Below are positions 13,230 to 26,030 of a stretch of DNA of 64,000 nucleotides, piece by piece. The first letter of the stretch is position 1. Every line of letters starts with the position of its first letter. Position numbers and translations under genes: made by a program. The notes beneath the pieces are model-generated. The model did no database searches. It was given only the letters and a program-made list of their open reading frames with translations, and had not been told where the DNA came from. The stretch is taken from NCBI GenBank assembly GCA_965287045.1, contig OZ336870.1:133672001-133736000 (forward strand), given 5' to 3'. Source of the stretch: Carcharhinus amblyrhynchos (Eukaryota).

Positions 13230-13660
13230 GGTGAGGAGATAAAGTAAAAGAGAAGGTGTGTGATAAAGTGGATGGCAGGAGAGGTTAAATAGCAGAAGAG
13301 ATGACGAGGCAAAGGGAAAAGCGATGGTAATGGGACAAGTCAAGAAACAAAAGATGAGTTCAGAGGAGTTTTAAATGAGAATCGTAATAGCAACAAAAGG
13401 AGCTAATGCTGATTGACGTCAATTTCCCCTCCCTGTCGCCTTGACATGGTCCATATTGATTCTTCCGTTCTTCACCTTCTTTATCTCCGTTCCTGGGAAC
13501 ATCGAGCAATGTCCATTGACTCCCGCAGGTGACAACACATCTCCCTTCCTGCTTCCTGTAAGGACTCTATTCTCACTGTTTTTTCGTCTCCGTTGGATCT
13601 ATTCTCCCACCATCCATGCCAATGCTTACGACATTTCCTTTTCTTTGGCAAGACTGTGGA
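13230..13660. mobile_element. Degraded Penelope-like element fragments
   Basis: CCTGCTTCCTGTAAGGACTCTATT..CGTCTCCG resembles PLE HPASCKDSIP..RLRRI; GA-rich inverted flank. Confidence 0.55.
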
Positions 13661-13694
13661 CCTTGTCCATTTCCTTTCCCTCACCTTCCACCAC

Positions 13695-14372
13695 TAAAAA
13701 AATTGGGAAGGAGCAAGTATGAGGCAAACTAGTGAGAAACAAAGCATCAGACAATAAGACCTTTTCATAAGTATATTAAAAGGAAGAGAGAGGTAAAAGA
13801 AAACATTGGCCCATTTGAGAATTAAACTGGGGAAGTAAGTATGGGGAACAGGAAATGGCGGTGGAGTTAAATTGATACTTTACATCAGTATTCATTATAC
13901 AGGATACTACAAGCATCGCAGAAATAGTAAAAAAAACGGGGAAGGAATTAAATATAGTCACCATCAGCAGAAAAGTAGTTTTAGGCAAACTAGTAAAGTT
14001 AGAGGCTGACAAGTCCCGTGCACTTACTGGTTTATAGCCCAGGATCTTAAAGGTGATAGCTGCAGAGATGATGGATGCACTGGTAGTCATTTCCCAAATA
14101 TCCTTGGATTTTGGAACTGTGCCACAAGATTGGAAAGCTGCCAACATGGTACTCTTGTTCAAAAAGAAGAGACAAAATGCAGGAAGTTACAGGTTAGTTT
14201 AACTTTAGTAATTGGAAAAATACTGGATTCGATTATTAAGGTTTTTTTTACTGTTAGTATATAATGTTATTAAGTAGTGCGTTTGGAAAGTCATAATCTG
14301 ATCAAGCAGAGTCAGCAAGGTTTCATGAAGAGGAAATCATGTGACAAATTTATTAGAATTATTTGAGGAGGT
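13695..14372 (+). mobile_element. Degraded CR1 ORF2 fragment
   Basis: KYIKRKR..IGP, PRILK, DWKAAN, SQQGFMK remnants. Confidence 0.9.
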
Positions 14373-14374
14373 AT

Positions 14375-14625
14375 CACTATCCCACCCAAGCCCTATCCCT
14401 GATGTATTTACACTACTAGACCCCTGACACTAAGGGGCAATTTGTCATGGCCAGTCAACCTAACCCGCACATCTTTGGACTGTGGGAGGAAACCAGAGTA
14501 CCCAGAGGAAACCCACACAGACACAGGGAGAATGTGCAAACTCCACACAGATTGAGGCCAGAGTTGAACCCAGGTCCTTGGCATTGTGAGGCAGTAGTGT
14601 TAACCACTGTGCCACCATGTTGCTC
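14375..14625 (-). mobile_element. HE1 SINE
   Basis: Reverse-complement V-domain and tRNA head. Confidence 0.92.
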
Positions 14626-16053
14626 TAGTGTTATGTCATTTACCATTTTTCCTCTCTCCTATGATCCTGCACCTTTTTGGTACACTATCTCCAGGTTATA
14701 GAGACTACACCCTATTGCTAACCTTCTTGATGAATTCAGTGCATGCCTGTTTGATTTGAGAGGCTGGCCTTTTCCTCTCATCCTTTGGGAAAGATGGCTG
14801 AACCACAGATCCCACAACAGAACCTCCTGATAAGAGTGAGATACCTGGGTTGCCCTTCCCAGGACTCTGCTCCAGTTGTGGGGTTGCTGCACCCTCAAGA
14901 ATCCATGGTAAGTTGTACTTTTCTGACAAATGCCTGGTTCCTTTAATTGAAATCACTCCTTTGACAAATTTGGTGCAACATTTCTCCATTTTTAATTGGC
15001 TGGGAAGTGGGATGCTAATGTCGTGGCTAAATTAAAGAGCTTTGATAAAGATGCTCTAGATGGGATTCTCTGATCTCATTTGTTCCCACCCCACTGCCGG
15101 TCAACCTAAAATCCATTCACTGCAGTGGTACCGAAGAATCTCAGCTGCTGATGAGGTTGGAGGTTTCCGAATTCTAACAGCTCCTGACCCTTTACAAGTA
15201 TTGTCATTTTGCAAGGGGCTAAGATGTGAAGATTTTGCTTGTTGGCTCTGTTTCTTTTTCAAAAGAAGCTACTGGAGCTGCTGAATAGTTTCAACATTTA
15301 CTGTTTTTCCTTTACTGCCTTCTCTAGTGAGAATAAATAGCCTTGGCAGCTCAAATACCCATTACCATAGTTTCCCATTCCTGTCAGCTTCCTGGGTAAA
15401 TTAATGAAATGCTTTGTCTCCTTCCTATACTTAAATAGTTATATCACACATGCTTTTCTACAATTGTGGCCTTAACATTCATTGCACAAGTAACTCTTCC
15501 ATAAAATCTAAAATGTTGGAAATTTTCATGCTGTTTTTGTCTGACAAATCTCTTTCTGTTCATAATTTTAATTGTCTAAAAAGCCTTTGTTTGACTCCTT
15601 TTGACTGCCTTACAAAAGACAACAATCTTCTATATTCCCTTTATCTATTCAGTTGATCACTTCCTTAAAAGATTCTTAGCAAATTTATTGAATGTGAAAC
15701 TTGTGAACCCGAGAAAGTGATTTGTACAATGAGGCTTCATCTTGACATCTCAAGAATAATATTGTGCAGATCAGTATGATTAATTGAATTGTAAATTCAA
15801 CTTTAAAGCAAATCAATGCATTACTCTTATGGCCAAGTATTTGTTTTTAGAAATGATTAGTTGAAATTGATGAATATTAATTGCTTCCATTAAAATAGTA
15901 CTTATTTGTCCATGAGGAGGATTTCATTAGAAAGCTGGATAAAAGAGTTAATCGTATATAGTTTTAATTTTATTCTGAGTTTTACTAAAGAATGCATTTT
16001 TTTTGGTCTATGTATCTATATTTGCAATAATTACCAATCTTGCCATTTTGAAG

Positions 16054-16165
16054 GGCAGGGAGAAAGATCACAAATGCTCTGTTGGCGAAGTTAAAAAATT
16101 GCAGACTTCTGATTGTATTTGTACTGATGAAAATGTAGTATATCCTTCAACTGCCACACTAAAAT
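16054..16165 (+). CDS. Candidate exon (GREKDHKC...STATLK), phase 0-1
   Basis: Weak acceptor ccattttgaAG, donor GTAAGT, 112 nt open frame; joins 19876 in frame. Confidence 0.45.
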
Positions 16166-16650
16166 GTAAGTACACATTTGAAACATTTTTTATTCCAAAT
16201 CGATATGGGGAAAAATATAACTTGTTTAAGTAGAAGAACATACTAGTCTAATGAAGCAGTCCACAATTAGTTCTGTTGAAGCAGCAAAGGTAATGCAAAA
16301 TATTAATACTGTCTGAAAAAGTAACTTCAAAACAGTAACATTTAAGGTAACCATTAATTATAATTATTCTCACAGGTTTCTTTACTAAAACGTGACAATG
16401 CCCCCATCATTACTGTCCATGCCAACCTACCTTCCCTCCCTATTGCCCATGATTGACACAATAATGCCTAATCTGCTGAGGCCAAATAATCTTTCCCCAA
16501 GACAGTTATTTACTGAGAGCAATTGCTTTCTCCTGTTTCCTGATTTAAATATTCTTCATTCAACATCAGTTAAAACCAGAAACTTAGTGTCCGACCTTCA
16601 TTAGTTCACTAAGTAGTTACTGCAAAGGCTTTTCCTGAGTGGGATTTTCT

Positions 16651-16875
16651 GTAAGAAGTCTCACAACACCAGGTTAAAGTCAAGCTGGCTTATTTGGTAG
16701 CACAAGTCACTTGCTTTCGGAGCGCTGCCCTTTCATCAGGTATTAACTTACCTGATGAAGGGGCAGCACTCCGAAAGCTAGTGGCTTGTGCTACCAAATA
16801 AATCAATTGGACTTTAACCTGATGTGAGACTTCTTACTGTGTTTACCTCAGTCCAATGCCGGCATCTCCACATCA
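16651..16875 (+). mobile_element. Palindromic Penelope-like pLTR insertion with two inverted hammerhead ribozyme cores and ~37 bp 3' tail
   Basis: Arms ~16651-16742 / ~16749-16837; CTGATGA (16752) and GAAA (16773); TSD TGGGATTTTCT at 16640-16650 and 16876-16886. Confidence 0.85.
16748..16790 (+). ncRNA. Minimal type I hammerhead ribozyme motif (mirror copy on minus strand 16701-16743)
   Basis: CUGAUGA-stem II (GGGG/CUCC)-GAAA-short stem III (GC..GC)-UU followed by GUG pairing with upstream UAC. Confidence 0.6.
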
Positions 16876-19079
16876 TGGGATTTTCTGGTCATAGGGTAGG
16901 TAGGACTTAACATTTTCATCTAAGGTCAATGGACTTTCACTGGTCCATCAAATTATCTATCCTGCCTGCAATGATTCCCAGGGTGGGCAGGACTTGATGA
17001 TTTAGGTCCATGTTTTGGAGAAATAAATTCCCTCCATGTCATAACACATTAATGCTCCACTTTTATCTCTTGAAAACAAAGACATTTGCTCCAATGATAG
17101 TGATAAATGGGATATTTTTGAAGAGTTTACCTTCCTAGGTTTTTATTTAATATAATCAGGAATGGAATAGTAAAATAAATACCATTTATAAAGAAATAAA
17201 GTAAATAACACTGCAAGTTACTTACCTTTTCAAGAATTTGGCCTGAATGGATTGTACACTGCTTTTAAACTGCATCTTCTGGACTTCACAGAAATCTGCA
17301 ATATGTACTTGGAAAAAGTCATTTTTTTCCAAAGAGTATGGTTTAACTTCTCAGATTCTCAAAATTTTCCACCTGCTGTATTGGTGGGTAATCCCTCTAT
17401 CCTTTCTGGTGGAGAATATCGTTCTGTACTTGCTTTTTGGTTCTGATTTGTCAATCTCGGTGCAACGATTACCTTTGTCCCATCATCATGCTGTGAGGCT
17501 TTAGTGGAGGATAGGATTCTAAAGCTTGTCCCTAAGCAGCATTTAGCACATCAGGAGCTGTGAGAGCAAAAATAAATTTCTATTCTCATTTCAGATAAAA
17601 TCTCAATAGCTGGTTTTGTGTAACTTGGGTACAGAAATAATTGCATTTTACAAAACACATTTTATCTACATGATGAGCTGCACTGAATGCTTCATTTTTC
17701 TCTCTCTCCAGAAGTTTTCTCACTACATTCATACCTTTGCACATTACTGCCCAGGGCAATATAAAATAATTTCAAAAAGGTCCTACTTAAGGATCTGTAA
17801 TTTATGGGTGTCAGCTTAAACCAAATGCAACTACAATATCAGCCTTTTATTAGTCCTTATTTTCAAAGACTAAGTTAACCTGGAAATATAGTTGCGTGTT
17901 TCCTTTCAATGGAGTATTGCAAAGTTTTTTTTAATGGAAGCCTCATGTTCACAAAATTATCAGGACAATTTTCAGCATTTAGCTCTTCAGTATAGATTTT
18001 TCTTAAATAAGTATTTGTTTTAGTATCTTAGGGACCAGTCATGTTTTTGTTCCTCCTTCATGTTTCTTCCCTCCAATGTTGACTCATGTTGGGCTGCAGA
18101 GCAAAAGCAGGGAAGGCTTCCTCTGTATCTTGATTAGGGGACTATTCTCTACATGCAAGTGAGGACCATGAGAGTCAGCATGATGACCATGGCAGCCAGT
18201 CCTGATTCTGTCCTCACTGAGGCACAGGTGGACACTTTCCAATAGGGTCTGTCAAATAGCATGGGTCTTGTTCAATTTTCTCCTATTTCAGAGGACTCAG
18301 CAAAACAGAGGAGAGGCAAGATGCATAGAAAACTGGGAGAAACAGGAGCCTGTGCCTGTGACTCATCAATCTTATTTATAACGCTCCTTATACATGAATT
18401 CAAAGCTTTGCTTATCTCTTCAATATACTTCCTATTATTTCTACACTGTTAATTATCGTATTGTATGATCTTAATACTCCATTGATGACAAGTGAAATAG
18501 GCACAGTGCACAGACTTTGAACATGGTTGGTACGGGCAGAGGAGCAGAGAACCAGGCTGCCGAGGACAGTTGGGTGACCACTGTCAAGAAACAAAGTTCC
18601 AATTGGCTAGGGAAGCATGATTATCTGATTTGGGACTCAAGAAGGGCAGAACCCCATACATAGAGTACAGGGGAGGAAAGAGTGACAGAAAGACAATGGA
18701 GCCTAAATGGAGCACTAGCTGTATCACCAAAGGTGGAGCTACCTAGAGATGACTGAGAAACAGTGCCAAAGGAGATTGCTGCTCTTAGGGTAGGTGGTCA
18801 CAGACCCCAAAATAGATCTGGCTCTTGTTTCTCCATTCTGTGGTGAAACTTCACCGAAAGAAGGAAGATTTGTGAAGGCACAGGACATCTGAGGTACTGA
18901 ATTAACACTTTGCATTGGTCTTAACAAGCAAGAAGATGGTTAATATTGCAATAGAGGAGAAATAATTTGAAATATTGGGAAGAATAAAAATGGAAAGGAA
19001 CAACTAAATATGTTGGACACCACTCCAAGTTAACAAGCCACTTGATCCAGAGCAAAGTCTACTCAAGGATGGCTTAATA

Positions 19080-19412
19080 GTTAAACATAATGATGGCTTT
19101 GGATAGAGCAAGAAAGGAGAAACTGTTTTCTCTAACCAATGGACTGAGAACCAAAGGTTATAGTTTTAAAATAATTGGCAAAAGTAGAGGAACTTTTTTA
19201 ATCAAGTAGAAGGTTGTTAACAGATGGCATGCACTACCCAAAAGGATGGTGGAAGGAGATTCCATAGAAAATTTTATGTTTGAGGAAGATTAAGCTACGA
19301 GATTATGAAGATAAATGGGGGTGTGAGACTAAATTGTACAAATTAAATTGGACAAAGAATCGGCATGGTTAGGAGGGACTTAATAGCCTCTCTCTATGCT
19401 CTATGATTCATT
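19080..19412 (+). mobile_element. Old CR1 3' fragment
   Basis: Degenerate RTKGYSFKI..RVV..W..LP and 3' tail. Confidence 0.7.
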
Positions 19413-19875
19413 TGAATCTGTGTTCATTTGTAGTCTCACCATACTTGGCTGAAATCATCTAATGTGCCACAGAATATGGATCAAACCTGGAACCCCTCTC
19501 CCTCCTCCCCCACCCCCGTCCCATCTCTTCATGGTATATTTACTAGCTGAAGCACTGAATAAGTATGTTTTAAAAGTTCTGTCAAATTAAATGTTACCTC
19601 TTGCATGGTTTTCAACTACCTAAATATTACCCTGGATATATACAGTTCATTTTAATGTCATTGTGAACACAGGTAGAATGAATGCATGCACACGGATAAA
19701 TGAATAGATGTATTATTGTGAGAATGATATCACCCTTTCACCCACCTATTTTGCTTTTTGTTAAAACAATCATGTCTTTTATGGAACATTCATGTCCATT
19801 CTTAACACCTTATGACAGTCTACCTGAGAACAAGGGAAATTGCTTTTATTTTTTACTTCTTACTGTGCTTCACAG

Positions 19876-19955
19876 CCAAACCGTCTGAACAGAAGAAAAA
19901 ACCCGTAATACCTGCAAAATCTACACGGCCAAAGACCTCTCCAGAATCAAGATCT
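19876..19955 (+). CDS. Candidate exon (KPSEQKKKPVIPAKSTRPKTSPESRS), phase 1-0
   Basis: Long polypyrimidine tract + cacAG, donor GTAATT, 80 nt. Confidence 0.55.
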
Positions 19956-21414
19956 GTAATTATCTATCTTCATATCTAGCATATCATTTATAATATTTTA
20001 AACATTTTGGAATGGTCATGCACTTCCTATTTACATCACACTTTCTATGGCATGGGATTGTTACGTTTTGTTGCACTATGGTCTGTATCAGTCTATTTCC
20101 ATCACACTTTTGTTGTAGTCCTTGAATTTTATGGTTAATTTCAATGGTGTTTATTAATTGTGCTATTTAGCCCTCCTCACGAATCTCCAAGCTAGGTGGT
20201 TCTATGGGAACATTGCATTACTTATACTTTTAATTAGCTGGAACTCAGCACATGATTCAATTCTCCTAAATTCACTGGACCTGTGCACTATTTTAGCTTT
20301 TTGCTCTGTCTCCTAGTATTTAAGATGCCTACTCCTTGTCGATTTCAGCTATTCTCACTTAGTTGCTGCACTCAAATTCGGGGCTGGAAGCTACTGACAG
20401 CAGAGTTCATCCTGCTGTATTTTTGCTACTCACCATTTCCTTCACTTATGTTAGCATGTGACTGATCTTTACAGATGATTGGAGAAATGCCAGAACATGG
20501 AGGATTGGAAGGGTACAACATTTTTGTACAAGGTAAAAGTAATAGGCGGAAGGTTTAAAACTCTCAAACTCTTGGATGCAGAGACAAAAGATTATTTTCA
20601 CTGACTTTCAGTGGGCAATACCAGAGGAGATCAGCTAGTAAATTAAAGATAAATGTAAGATTCCACACTTGGATAGACAGACAGTATGCTTTATTACTAG
20701 TGCAAAATAACTAGATGTTGTATGCTTCCAAGCAGAAACCTAAAACTGGTAAGCATTTTCCAATTAGCAAAGTCTCCAGATCAAATAATAATTGGTCTCT
20801 AAATGACCTGAGAATCTCTTTGTTTAATCAGATTTTCTAACCTTAAAGAGATGACTTTAGTTATGTGGAAAATTTAAAGTCATGGAGTCATTTAAATTGA
20901 AAATCTGTGATTGTTCTCTGAGGAAAGTTATTGGAGATGTTCAAAATTATGAATTGTTTTGATAGTGAATAAGATGAAAGTATTTCCACTGGTGGGAGGC
21001 TGATAACCAGAGGGCACTGGTATAAGAGAATTAGAGAGCTGATGAAGAGCATGGATGTGATTCTCCTGTCTGCTTCCTGCTGGTGTTAGCATTTGTCAGG
21101 TGGGATTCTCTCACCCTAATCACTTAAATCTATGCATGCTGCAAAACACACTGGCCTTCTGGCTTTACAGAGATTGGGGCACCATTTTTAAAAGGTGCTG
21201 AGAGACAGACTGCCCCCCCCCCCCCCCCCCCCCCCCCCATAACACCTCTCCCCCAATACATATGGTGACCCATGCTGAGGGGAGCACACTCAACCCTTCA
21301 GAACGTAGGGCACTCCCTCACCATTGAATGAATGGGTCATTCCACTCCCCCCACACCACACGGGCAAGAGGGTGATACCCAGTCCCGGCCAGAGGCCTTC
21401 CCTCCCCCACCAAC

Positions 21415-21618
21415 AGATGTGCAGGTTTCATGGATTGATCATGCTGAATTGCCCCATAGTGTCCCAAGGTTGTAGGTTAGGGGAATTTGCAGGATAAACA
21501 TGCGGGGTTATGGGACAAGGCTGGGGGATGGGTCTGGGCAAGGTACTCTGTTGGAGAGTTCATGCAGACTTGATGGTCTGAATGACCCCCTTCTGCTCTA
21601 TAATGAATTTATGATTCC
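21415..21618 (+). mobile_element. 5'-truncated HE1 SINE within a C-rich MITE-like repeat (~21050-22080)
   Basis: AGATGTGCAGGTT..AATTGCCCC..GTAGGTTAG and tail. Confidence 0.75.
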
Positions 21619-24600
21619 GAGATGGGGTTCCCTCAAGGCCCACTCCTTGGCACTGTCAACGTTGCACTACCCTGGCAATCTGGAAGTGATACTTGACCTG
21701 GCGACTTGGAATCCGAGGGGGAACAGAGAGGTATGTGTAAGATGCATATGCACTTTTGCTGCTGCCTGCCTTAAGAGGGAGAGGGACCTGGGTGTTGGGT
21801 GGGCTCAAGCTGGGGAGAAGGGGTTAACCTCAGACTCTTTCCTGGGTGGGATCATATGGCTGGACTGCCCCTTTATAGCTCTGGAAAAAAGTGGAGATCA
21901 TGCTTGGCATGGTGCTCCCAAGTGGATTTCATTTCAAAATCTTCATTCCTATCTGCCTACTGTAAAACCTTTGAAGTGCCCTGGTCACTTTAAGTATTTG
22001 TGCTCCATGGACATCTGCAAGCATTCAAAATCACAGCAACTGACATGAAATGTCAGTTTCAGCGGAGGGGGGGATTCCCTTTTGTAGCCTGAATGAGCTG
22101 CAGGTGCAGACTGGCCACTGTGACCTGCTCTGATTGACAGTGGCACAGCAGATCAGACAGTTCATTATAGATGCAATCCAGTAAACCTCATGGACCTCCT
22201 CATTCCACTAGACCTGTTCACTCAGCCTCATTCATTTAACACTGCATTTTTTCCAGGTTGTTGAGCATCCCTGAAAAGTTCAAAAGCCTCAAAAACTTTG
22301 TTATCCCTTCAATTTCATGTTCCATTACCTTTAACTAGCCTTTGATTGACAGGTTAGATCAGTTACCCACTCATTTGTTTTTCCTTCCCCTCGTGGTTGA
22401 ATGCATCTCAAGTGCCTGTCTTTGTTCCTAACCGCAATGTTTATAAACATGCTGCCTTTGTTGACATTTTGAATGAATTACCCACTAGCCATGAGGTTTC
22501 AGTTCCTTTTCTAAGCACAAACTTTAGAAAGTACTTAAGGTGCATTGAATTGAGAAGAGAAAGTAAAAAAAAGCTCTTGGCTAGTGGGAAATTGATCCAA
22601 CCTGTCAATCAAAGCACTTAAAAGGGGCCAGATACCAGATGCTATTCTTCAATGGGGTCCGCCAATGGACCTGGAGAGAAAGAGATTGACCTTGGGACTC
22701 TCCCCCCAGGATTGTGGTCTCATGGTTGGAATGCCCCTTCTAGCCCTGGGAAAAGTGAAGATCTCTCTTAGCATGGTGATCTCAGACACTATTCTGGTAC
22801 AGATATTCATTATTTTCTCTGCCCTTTTAAACCTTAGAAATGTCCTTGTCACATTGGGCACGCTGCCCTCTCCCAGGTACGCTGCATGCCTCCCCGCAAC
22901 TGGCACCGTGCCTCCCCGCCGCCCCCCCCCCCCCCCAACAGCATCCTTCTCAAATCCCCCAACATCCTGTCCCCCGCCCCCACAAGGGCCCTGCTTCCCC
23001 CCCCCCCCCCCCCCCCCGAGCACCCAGCCTCCGCCCCCCTCCTCCGAGCCTCCTGCTCCCTCCCCCACCACCCCGAGAATGTTAATTGCTAGCCTTAATG
23101 CAGAAAAGCAGTGATACTGTGCTTAGGAAGAGCTGCCTGAAATATTGCAAGAAAAATATTTTAATATCTATACTTGGTGGTTGGTATGTAATTCTAATTG
23201 CAACTTTTTGTTGAAGAAATTTATGAAAAACTTGTATATTAATGCCATTACACGTTACATCCTTAGTTGATCAGGTGTGTGAAGAAGATTATCACAGTAT
23301 GCATGATATATATAGTTTTAAATGGATTGGGGATAATTATTGGTGAAAGTAAGTGAGTTGATAAAACTAATATTTACTAAGGATGAAACTCAAGAAATCA
23401 ATGCCAAAATACTTTAATGAGATACTTTGACAACAGCATGAAAATAGAATGTATCTGCATGCTTTCTTTGTCAGAACAACACTTTGCCAGCATGCGTGAT
23501 AATAGTCAAGATTGTAAATGCGTGTTTATAACACCAACATTTTTTTGTCCTCATAAAATTTGCCAGAATAGATGCAGATAGTTTCAGCTAATGAAACCGG
23601 CTTTAACTGTCACACAGCAAATAAACCATCTTTCCCAAACACACACACATTCACCTACATAAAGACATTAACATATGCCAGGTATATTCTACTATTAAAA
23701 TATTCTGTCAACAGTGATAATGACCAATCCGGAAGAGTAAATTAAAAAGATCACTGAAGACTTCATAGGTAATAGGATTGTTGCAAACATTATTCAGTTC
23801 ACCACAGACAAGATCCCTCATTTAAAAATGAACAGTCGAGCTGTAGAATCCTGGAGGATCCATGCTCCTGGTATGATGTCAGCTAGAGCATTGAAGAAGT
23901 GTTGCAATGAGTTGGACATTTCTGGTATAGTGAGGGGAAAATTACTGACATTCTTTCTTCTGTTTCCTGTCAAGTTGAAATCGTGCTTGCCTAATTGACA
24001 GGCACGATCCAGCAAAGCTGTGGTTGAACAGCAGACTAACGCACTTGAAAGAGTCTCTGGTGAATATTTGGTGTCTCGATAATAATGTACCAGTGGGGAC
24101 TTCTGGCACCTGTGAAATCATATCCTGTGTTCCCTGAAATAATATTTACAATTTAATTGCATAAGAAGTTCAAAATAATGGCAAAATTCCACACTTAGCA
24201 ACAACTCCCGCCCCCGACCTTCCATCTTTCAGTTAAACAATCTTATCACAGGCCTCTCCATCATTCAGGGTCTCAGGCTTGTCTTTGTCTTTCTTCCAGT
24301 TCTATAAACATTCAGCTGAATTTTAGATCTTGTACTTTACAGCCTGTTGCATGTGGGGAACCTGAGTGTTCCTCAGCGATGCCACTATCTCTACATGTCT
24401 TGTTCCCACGCCTGCATGATTTTCCAAGCCCTGAAAACGCACATCTTCAATGTGTCTCCCTGTATTGCACATCAGTCATTTAATTGGGATGGAACCTTGA
24501 CAGCTCAATTTCCACTTAATGTCCCTAATAAACACATTTTTGAGGCAATCTTGCAGGAGAAATACTATTTTGTTGCTGTTCCTTTAGTCGAGTTGTCTCT

Positions 24601-25069
24601 GAAGGCATGATGGGCAACAACATCTCGACGTGATTGTTACAAGGAGGCCATGGCACCATTTCTGTCGAGCCTTGGCCTTCGAGCTCAGATGTGCACCTAA
24701 AGCATGTTGCCAATCATGTAGCTTGAAACCCCAGGCTGCTTTGGATCTGAACAAAAGCTTGTCAGTGCATATATTCCAACTCGAGTTTCACTTAAACATC
24801 CTGAAATTAAAGCTGGATTCCATTTGTACGTCTCAATTGAATGCAATAATATTGAATTTCTCCCCATTTTTGTAGCCTGTGAAAAATCAATTGAAGATGC
24901 TCGGTTAAGTGATTTCATCATTGAGTTGCCATCCTGGTTAGCAGGTTTCCAGGCACTACTGATTGACAGTTCCCACAAAACATTGACAAATGGGATTTTT
25001 CAGATGAATTGATCTCGTTTGGAATATTCATTTTGTCAGGAGCCCGACCATTTCATGTTCTAACGAGCA

Positions 25070-25680
25070 TTAATTGGCAGAAGATGGAACTGATGCCCAT
25101 CACTGGGAGGAGGCCCTGCTTTGGGGAATTGTTGTCCAATCTAATTGGCTGGCAGCTCTCCAGTCATTCCAGGAACAGTGCTGCATTGGCTAAAAGAGGC
25201 ATTGCAGTTAGCTGCCTAACACTCTCTATACTAGGACTGAGAAGCAAAGTGGCAGGGGTAAAGGGTGGAAGGGGAGGTAGTGAAGTCCGGTGGGGTGAGG
25301 GGGGGTGTCACAATAGGGGTGACTGGCATCTCGGGGAACAGGTCGGGGAGATGGGGTAGGTAGACTGGAGGTCACTGGGCCTTAAGCTGAGAATGCCCAA
25401 AATCAGACAGCGACTCCTGATGGAGGCACACTCCCTCTCCCCAATCAAGATCAAACTTAATTTCAGCTCTCCCACCCCTGATCTATCATCTGCCAGCCAA
25501 CCTAAAAATTGAGGCTTGGCTGAAAAAGCCATTAGGTGGCCACTTAATGACCTTAAATGGGACAAAGATGGGCCTTCTCCTCCCAGGCTCTGCCGCCCGG
25601 CATTAAACCACAACCAGGTTGGGACAGTGCAATCCTGGAGGGAATCCCATGCTTGCAATTTTACACTCCCTCCGTCTGTC
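25070..25680. mobile_element. MITE-like non-autonomous repeat inserted in EVE copy 1
   Basis: GC-rich block with motifs shared with 41385-41640 and 56170-56515. Confidence 0.5.
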
Positions 25681-25903
25681 CCATCACACCAGGTGAAGGA
25701 AGTATTGATTTCCAGATGTCAGTTACGCAACTGTGTTGCTAAGTTTATCAAAATTTATAGTAAAACATTTTAAATCTAAATGTAAATTCTGAAGTTATTT
25801 ATTTATTCATTCCACCTATCATATAGAAATAGAACTGTCCCTGATCCACAGCGAAGGGTTGAATTGCGTAGGTTAATTTCAAACATTTTGCTTCTAAAAA
25901 TAA

Positions 25904-26030
25904 AGGGCAAGATTTTCCAGTGCATTGCCCCAATACCAGAAAATCCCACCCAAGATCAAGAGACCTTTCCATGATCTGCCCCTCTCTCGCTATGATTCCC
26001 GTGCTGGACTGAAAGGGAAAATTTGCCGCA
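25904..26030. mobile_element. Short MITE (related copies ~16636-17010, 45326-45440, 33331-33510, 15060-15180)
   Basis: Imperfect TIRs GGCAAGATTTTCC...GGAAAATTTGCC and shared internal CCCAAGGTCAA..GACTTT motif. Confidence 0.65.

Larger units (their letters stand above)
11380..13945 (+). repeat. Triplicated ~330 bp segment (11380-11722, 12574-~12960, 13619-~13945) spanning a Penelope-like/CR1 junction
   Basis: Shared GCAAGA(C/T)TGTGGACCTTGTCCATTTCCTTT...CAGGATAC in three direct copies. Confidence 0.95.

Noticed and set aside
17226-17557. Apparent minus-strand exon with strong acceptor and donor
   Set aside because: Stops in all frames; better explained as the HR region of L copy 1.
22649-23114. 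Overlapping proline/glycine-rich ORFs
   Set aside because: Produced by poly-C tracts at 22910-23075. Only the flanking minus-strand part (22650-22850) may belong to the L fossil.
24590-24690. ELEGQ/RQKW and AFRDNS as RdRp motifs B and C
   Set aside because: Spacing from LHDWQH is too short; better in-register candidates lie at ~24440 and ~24315.
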